The translations under genes and the position numbers were made by a program. DNA of 64,000 bases, from contig OZ024740.1 in NCBI GenBank assembly GCA_964016885.1, positions 296,918,001 to 296,982,000 of the forward strand, given 5' to 3'. Under the pieces are notes generated by a model, which saw only the letters and a list, made by a program, of their open reading frames with translations, was not told the DNA's origin and did no database searches. This DNA comes from Eledone cirrhosa. Taxonomy: Eukaryota. Of the stretch, positions 56,208 through 64,000 are shown one piece after another; positions within the stretch are counted from its first letter, which is position 1; each line of letters opens with the position of its first letter.

Positions 56208-57209
56208 AGCTTAATTAAGAATGTAGGATTCACATGCAGCAGCTGTGCTGAAACAGCAAGCAAACAGCCACAGGAAACAAGTACCACCAATCTCTGGGAG
56301 GGCCCTGTAGAAACAGTAGACAGCTTCTGCTACCTAGGTGACCGAATTAGCAACGGAGGTGGGTGCTCAGAAAGTACAATAACTAGGGTAAGAACGGGAT
56401 GGAAGAAGTTTAGGGAACTACTACCACTGCTAGCTGCAAAAGGCTTCTCCCTCAGAATGAAAGGCAGACTGTATGATGCGTGTATCCGAACAGCGATGTT
56501 GCATGGTAGTGAGACCTGGGCGCTGAAGGTGGAAGACTTACGTAGATTAGAGAGAAACGAAGCCTGCATGCTCCGATGGATGTGTAACAGTAATATACGT
56601 GAACGACAAAGCATAAATGAATTGAGAGAGAGACTGAGCATAAGAGGAATCAAATGCTGCGTGCAGGAGAGGCGGTTACGCTGGTATGGACATGTGATGC
56701 GTATGAAGGATGACAGCTGCATAAAAAGGTGCAGAGCACTAGAAGTTGATGGAAACCGCGGAGTGGGGAGACCCAAGATGACTTGGGATGAGGTGATAAA
56801 AGCCGACCTTACCCAACTACACCTCTCAAAGTCAATGACACACGACCGTGACTTCTGGCGTCACGCAGTAATACAGGGTACCCGACCTCCCATGGGTACA
56901 TGCTGAAGCATATAAACAATATGCCCCCCCCCCCCCCACCGCAAGGTGGTCGTGGAGGTGCCACGGCAAAAAAGCACCCAGCCCACACTGTAAAGTGGAC
57001 GTGTAGGCGCCACGAAAAAGCACCCAGCACTCACTGTAAATGAGGTTGGTGTTAGGAAGGGCATCCAGCTGTAGAAATCAAGCCAGATCAGTTCCTGTAT
57101 GAGCAAGGCATGGTCAGCCGACCAGACACTGCCCACAACAGGACAACCCGTCTAACCCATGCTAGCGTGGAAGAACGGACGTAAAACGGTGATGATGATG
57201 ATGATGATG
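56208..57209 (+). mobile_element. Young 5'-truncated RTE copy, virtually identical to the reverse complement of 44361..45361
   Basis: ORF 56178..56906 matches the 817-aa ORF residue for residue from SLIKNVGF to the stop; same 3' UTR; possible acagt TSD. Confidence 0.97.
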
Positions 57210-60200
57210 ACAGTATTATATATGAGCAGGTATTAACAATTATATTTAAAAAATATTAATCACTGCAGTTAATTAGTGTTAATACAACGCAGTGTGCATT
57301 AATAATCTCTACTGTACTTATTAAACTGATTAAAATAATGCTTTTTGATTTAAGCACAAAATCATCAATTTAAGGGAAGGGGAAAATCAATTATATTGAT
57401 TCCAGTACTTGACTGGTACTTATTTTGTCAACATGAAAAGATGAAAGGCAAAGTTGACCTTGGCAGTATTTGAACTCAGACTGTAAAGAGACAGTACAAA
57501 TACTGTTAAGCATTTCTCCAATACCGTGGTGACTCTGCCAATCCAATACCTTTTAAATGATGGTGATTAAGATAATATTTTTTATTGAGCTCATGTTGTC
57601 TTTTCCTTAATGCTTAAATATTTCCAAGAAGATGTTTGATGATCACTGCATTAATTTTAATGACATTAACTTAGTTTTTTCATGTGAATGGCATCTCTTG
57701 AGTAATTACCCTCAGTGATTTATTTATTTTTAAAACATGCTTCATGCAGTTTATCTTTTTTACAGAAGAAATATTTACTCACAGGAGTTGCAGTTCCTTA
57801 AAAATCTTCTAACTATCTTTAGCCCAACTTACAGCTCTGCTTTTGTTAACTAAGTAGTTAAGATTTGCTTGCTATTAACAAATCATCATAAATTTAGTGC
57901 ACTTATAACTATGATCCTGTTTGTCTACTAGCATTCCTACATGTTTGTATCTGTTAGCTTTACTGTTTACAGAAAGCAAGCAGCAAGGGAACTTCACTAG
58001 TAGTATTAAGTTTTAGAGGCTTCTGCTACAAACTACTTCTTTAATACTGAGTATGTTCATCCTCAGTCATTTTCAACCAAGCTCACATTACAATCTTTTG
58101 AGCTTCTACAGTTCTTCAATATAGACCAGGCCATTTAAATTTTAAGTTCCTATGTTTATGTATACCATGTTCACAAGAAACTTACTAATTTATATTCCTT
58201 TCATATATAGATATATCTGACACCAAACATGTAAATACAAGAAAATATATACTAAACGAAAAATTATACTACAATAAAAGAACTCTTTCTCAAAAAAAAA
58301 CAACAGTTTGTGTCATACTTTGATATAAGACACTAGATTAAGGTCATTAGTTGAGAAGATGACTACTTGTTTTAGGCTTAGTCTGAAACAACAGTTTGTC
58401 ACAATATGTCACAAAGTTAAAATGAGTCATTTATAATGTTTATTCTTGTGTTGTCATTCTTGTGTATTAGAAACAGGTTTTTTTACTGCTTACAAAGAAA
58501 CTTATTCAACTGCTCTGTCATATCAAAATAAATTACCAAAGTAATACATGTATGATGATGATGATACATGTAATAAAAATATATCAGAGTTTTTCACAAA
58601 AGATTTTTGGATTTTGCAAAACAAAACAGGAATACAGAACAATGGTTCTTGCAAATGAAAATAACATGGTTATTGTTTTTTATAATTAAAAAGAAAATTA
58701 TAGATTATTAAGGTATTGGCAAAAAGTATGGTATGTGACAGAGATGATGGCTCAACATAAACTAAACAAACAGCTAGTTATGTTGTTAAGAGTTTATTCT
58801 ATTTTACTTAAAAAATAAAAGACCACCAGCCAAATTAATATTGGTTTCTGATTTAGGCACAAGGCCAGCAATTTTGGGGAAGGGAAAGACGATTAAATCA
58901 ACCCCAGTGCATTACAGGTACTTTATTTTATCGACCCCCATAAGGATGAGAGGCAAAGTTAACCTCAGCAGGATTTGAACTCCGATTGTAAAGGGGCATA
59001 ACCATATGCCATAAAGCATGTTGTCTGATGCTTCACTGATACTGCCAATCCACCACTAATATTTGTTTCTACTTATTAGCACAAGGCCAGCATTTATCCC
59101 AGTGCATTACTGGTGCTTTATTTTATAGACCCCGTAAGGATGAAAGGCAAAGTTAACCTTGGCAGGATTTGAACTCAGATTGTAAAGGGCATAACTATAT
59201 GCTGCAAAGCATAGTATCTAACCCTCTAACGATACTGCCTATCCACCACTAATATTGGCAGCAAATTGCATCACTAAGATTTTATTCTAATTGACAAATT
59301 AGTAGTATATATCTCATTGCTTTCAATGTACTGCAGCCATGGCAGATACTTTATGCATGGACACACAATACCTTTAGCGAAAGCATGGTACATGCTATTA
59401 AGTCATATTTGATTGCAAATGATGATTGTCATAGCAGTAATGAATATAATTTATGAAGACACTCCAGCTAAAGTTTTCAATTCCAGGAGATAGAGAAACA
59501 AAAGAAAATGCATAAAATCAAATGATGTTACTTTAATTAAAATACACTTTCTAAAAGTTTATTAAATATCTGGCATTATCTCACTATCATGAATGTAAAC
59601 ATTATAAAAAAAAAAAAAAGCTCAGTTGCTTTATAATTCAGTATAAGTTGTAGCTACACTAGTAGCCAATATCTTGCTCAACTCCTTGGTTATATTTCCA
59701 TACCATTTTCTACATAATCAAAAAAGGCTTTCATTAACCCAGCCACAAACCAAAAGAAAGAAAATATTTGACTGAACCATAAAAATGGTGAAAGCAATTA
59801 GAGCAGAGACAGCAACTATGATGACAATATCAATTAACAGACAAAAATGGCCAAGCAAGTAATATTCTTTACAATCAATCGGCTCAAGGAAAAAACTTTA
59901 TACCAGCTGCAGGCATTTCATCATGTGTGAGCAGAAGATTTAACCTTTTTAATATCAGCCCTCACAAACAACCCGTGGTTCTATGAAGCAAAACCATCCA
60001 TTTTAAAGTTTTCTTATTCCCATCAAAACCTTCCAGCATGTTTAATAGAAGCGCCATATGTTGAACGTGTTCTTATTCCCATTAAAACCTTCCAATATAA
60101 TTTAATATAAGCACCATATGTTAAGTTATGTTAATAGTAAAATTAATGAACTTTGTAAAATCCTCCAAATTCTTCAGTAATTAATTTAGGTACAGGGTAT

Positions 60201-60689
60201 TTCATTAAATATATGGTAATGAAATGGTTAATTCTAAATGTCTCGGTTCACTTGGCAGTAGAAAACAAGTCAAGATATTCTGATAATGCTATCTGCACTA
60301 GACTGGCATTCTAACCAGAGTAAGATTAAGTGCAGCATAGATTTCCTTATGTAGTGTTGATATAACAATAACATAGTTGTCCTTTTTGTGTCTATTGACA
60401 TACCATAGCAGATTACAGTGATTTGTATATTAGCAGTGATTCATTTCCTAATAAGGTCACACGAAGTGGCCGAATTGGAAAAATGAAAAACAGAAATCTC
60501 TTAAAATAAAAAGCCATCTCAAGTATCATATTCAAGAAAAAGATGCTTGGTCAAGTTCAAAATTCTTAGAATACTGAGTATCTGCTGCATGGAAAACAGA
60601 TCTGTGTCCATTTTCCCTTCTCAAAGTAGTACAGTTCTTTGCTCAAGAGAATAAGAATAATATATTATGAGAGGTGTGTCATCAAATTC

Positions 60690-61012
60690 CAGTCATCATG
60701 ATTGTCGTTTCAATGTTCGTTTTCCCTGCTAACAAGGGTTGGACGGGTCTATATAGGCCAGGTCCATACTGAAGTAGAGCCCTGATCTCCCAAGCAAGCC
60801 AGGGACCCGTGTCTCACTTATGCGCTGTCTCACATTCCATTGAGTGCTCAGTAGATGTCATATGTTTGACACAATTGAGGGTCCACCCAACCCTTTGCTT
60901 GGCAAGATTTCTACTCCTGGATGTCCATCCTATCACCAATTACTTTACAGAGTGTACTGGGTGCATTTATCGTGTAAATCCCCAACACTAGGGAGGTGGT
61001 CATGCCTTTGAC
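60690..61012 (-). mobile_element. RTE-tailed repeat of another subfamily; relatives at 50632..50980 and 25100..25460
   Basis: Shared caagggttggacgggtctata...ctgatctcccaagcaa.ccaggga block. Confidence 0.65.
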
Positions 61013-63405
61013 AGTATAGGAATTAATTAGCTACAAATATGAGATGAGCATTTTGGAAAAAGTTGATTTAATAAAATAGTATGAAAAATAATTTAGTTAT
61101 AGAAAAACAAAAATGAGAGACAATTGCTATAATAGCAACATGTTGCATTATATCAACAAGATTTCTTAATTTATATTGTAGAAAACTATTCATAGAATAC
61201 CTTATCTGCTGGTGGTTAAGTGACTACAAAAATTACCTGTGATCCTGATGTGACATATGGTAAGACAGAAGTGTTAGTTTATACCAGTAAAATATTTATA
61301 TAGCCTAATATTTGTCACCTATCAAGGTCTCTTTAGTGTAATCTATAATGAAGTCACTCAGAACAGGATTGATATGATAATAGTGGCACAGATGCAGCTA
61401 TTATATTTCTTTATGCCCTAGATTGGCACTCATACATGTTTCGTATAATCTATGTTATATACAAATTGTAATTATTGTTGTGCACCTACATGACCACCTT
61501 ACAGTGTAGACTGGGTGCTTCTTCTTGTGACACCAACACAACCACTTTACATTGTGGACTGGGTGCTTTTTGTCATGACACCTACATGACCACTTTACAG
61601 TGTTGGTTAGGCACTTTTTGTCATGTCTTTTACAGTGAACAACTTCAGGGTAGAAGACAGACTCTTAAATTGGTTCTCTGAGTGTATAGTTTATACTATG
61701 TGACCCAAGTGTAGTTTGACCAACCTACTTTCAGAAAGAAAATACTCATATCAACAGAAAGTTATGCATGAGTACATACCCTGCAAGCTAGAGAACAATA
61801 ACATGGACAGGAAGTGTAGCATTATCTGGATCAGTGATAGATACATCATATACCATCCAGAAGGATATACTTTCACTATTCAGGAACATGAGATATGCAT
61901 TAAATGGTATGGTATGGCCCCATAACTCCTGATAGAGTCATAGGGGCACTATATTGACACTCAGTGCTTCTTAGACATTTTAAGTCTAGAAGAGCCCATT
62001 CTTCTCCGGGCCTGAGTGCAACAGATTTCTTCCAGAGAAAGATAGAAAGTGAAAGAGAGGAAGTGAGAAAGATATATAGAGAAAGAAAATCGACCCCAGT
62101 ACTTCAGTGGTACTTTTTTTATTTACCCTGAATGGATGAAAGGCAAAGTTGATCTCTGCAGGATTTGACCTCAGAGAGCAAAGAACCAGAACAAATACTG
62201 TAAAGCATTCTATCCAACATTGTAATGACTCTGACAATTCACCGCATTATGTACTAAATACCTAATCCATAAAAGAGAAAAGGACGCATCCAAACCACCA
62301 TGTTGTGACAGAAAATGCTAACTGTGATATAGTTCTGTGGAAGATATCACCCACATCATTAAATGGTTCTGAGGTTCATGTAGAAGGCATATAAAAACAA
62401 GAATGCATCTACCTTTTTAAATATTGGTACATTCTAACAAAAATAACAATCTAGTGCAAAAAAAAAAAGGCAGGGAACTAAATAATGCACTAATATAGAA
62501 CTCAGTTGCTCAGGAGATGTAAACGTCCCATCTAAATATGTGAAAAAAGAAAACAACTGTAGTGAACTGACATTTGTACCTTTTATCACTGGGTTATAAA
62601 ATAAGAGATTTACATAAAAACCTATGAATTCTGCAGTTGTCCAATAAAGAACAAAGCAGACTCACATTGACTTATATATACACCATCACATGCGTATCTG
62701 GCATACCCAAACATAAGCATATACACAAAGAAGCAAGTGCACACGCAATTACACCTATTGTTTGTTTGTTGTTTATTTGTATGTATGTATGTATGTATGT
62801 ATGTATGTATGTGTGCATGCATGCATGTATGTATGAACCCATGACTCCTGATGGATTTGAAACAGCACTTCATTTAAGCCTAGCAGAGGCTCTTTCTCTC
62901 CTGGTATGAACACGACTGATTTCTTCCAGAGAAGGAGAGAGAATTAGAGAGAGGAAGTGAGAAAGAAATGTGGATAAAGAATCAATACCAATGCTGGACT
63001 GGTATTTTTTTATAAAACTCGAAACGATGAAAGGATGAAAGGCAAAGTTCAACTCAGTGAGATTTGAACTTAGAATGCAGACAGCCAGAATAAATATTGA
63101 AAATGAAGCCAATATTTTAATGACTCTGCTAATTCACCATCTTCTTCATCTGTTTCATATGTCCAAGAACATTCGCACATACACAAATACCTACAATTAT
63201 CAAGCACATATTCTGTATTGTCGTTGTGTTATATGCATGGCCAGTGCCTTCAGTCGGTTTTCTTGGTGTCGCACTTTAAAACTGTTGTATTTACCTAATG
63301 CTTTTAACTTTCGCTCCATTGAGTGCTTTGTGATTTCCTCAAACAAATAGAATAGTACTTGCTGTGCAACAACTAAAACTTTGATTTATATATATATATA
63401 TATAT

Positions 63406-63573
63406 ACGTGGGAAAGATGTGGATTTAACCCAAAAAACTCTTTCCGAGCTATATAAGGAACACTTGTGATTATTTATGCCCTTGAGAAGCCCAACTGGGC
63501 GAAACGTACGTAGGTGCTGTTTTAAATAAACATGTTTTAACGGTCTATTCTCCGATTTTTTACTTTCCCACGT
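63406..63573 (+). mobile_element. LTR-like (Penelope pLTR / retrozyme-like) module: TATA, hammerhead motif, AATAAA, bounded by an 11-bp inverted repeat
   Basis: acgtgggaaag (63406..63416) / ctttcccacgt (63563..63573); TATATAA at 63450; AATAAA at 63525. Confidence 0.55.
63479..63514 (+). ncRNA. Putative minimal type I hammerhead ribozyme, U3-A8 core variant
   Basis: cc-UUGAGAA-GCCC-aacu-GGGC-GAA-AC-guac-GU-A^gg. Confidence 0.6.
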
Positions 63574-63734
63574 GCTTACGCTCTGCTAACTCTCTAGCCC
63601 ACTAAATATTAACACTTCGAATATTTAATACTGCCAGCACTAGTATCGAGCACCTTTGGCATACGCTACTTGGCAAATAACTATATGTATCACCTATCCT
63701 CCCCTTTTTTTCTCTTTCTCGATACGTAAATACT

Positions 63735-63931
63735 GTATATATATATATATATATTCCACACTGTAAATGTGGTTGGTGTTAGGAAGGGCATCCAGCTGTA
63801 AAAAACCTGCCAGAGACACTTCCATGCAAGCGAGACACAGTCTCCCAACCATTCCCACATCAAATAGAACAAAACTGCCTAACCCATGCTAGCGTGGAAG
63901 ATGGATGTTAAATGATGATGATGATGATGAT
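63735..63931 (+). mobile_element. RTE 3' tail fragment
   Basis: cacactgtaaatgtggttggtgttaggaagggcatccagctg...cccatgctagcgtggaa...(gat)n. Confidence 0.85.
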
Positions 63932-64000
63932 ATATATGTGTATGTAAAAGGTAAACAGAAATAACAACACAATCGGTACAGTATATGGAAAGAATATATT

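Noticed and set aside
63295-63319. Possible first coding exon of the GDPD gene (ATG GAG CGA...TTA G|gtaaat; read-through frame contains VRHQ)
   Set aside because: Ends in phase 1 while exon A needs phase 0, no bridging exon was found, and the Cys/Trp-rich N-terminal motif I expect for this family is missing.
121-63974. Identical 29-mers at both window ends as termini of one giant element
   Set aside because: The sequences diverge right after 29 nt and each follows a TA-rich tract; independent copies of a dispersed repeat explain this more simply.

Overview
AT-rich (visually about one-third GC), repeat-dense animal genomic DNA. The SINE/RTE repertoire and (ATG)n tails look like an octopod cephalopod (inference). 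One host gene spans most of the window on the minus strand. I assembled 12 GT-AG coding exons by hand (49539 down to 11625; 1689 nt, 562 aa plus stop, all phases compatible). They encode a six-transmembrane glycerophosphodiester phosphodiesterase of the GDE2/GDE3/GDE6 (GDPD5/GDPD2/GDPD4) family, with intact HRG, ExD and HD catalytic motifs. The start exon was not found and is probably beyond 64000. The introns and flanks hold: a very young RTE LINE with an uninterrupted 817-aa ORF and an embedded PHD-type finger, plus a near-identical inverted 1-kb copy 9 kb away; old RTE and Rex3/Expander-like relics; a CR1-group LINE; a Penelope-like element; a GC-rich CRE-type retroelement fragment inside a minisatellite; an internally deleted mariner with long TIRs; two tRNA-derived SINE families; and two MITE families. 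The most interesting unannotated signals are several minimal hammerhead-ribozyme motifs (one an apparently intact U3-A8 core variant), a recurring class of near-loopless palindromes, and inverted repeats bracketing individual exons, which are candidate ADAR-editing and circRNA substrates. I found no prokaryotic-type system and no CRISPR array.
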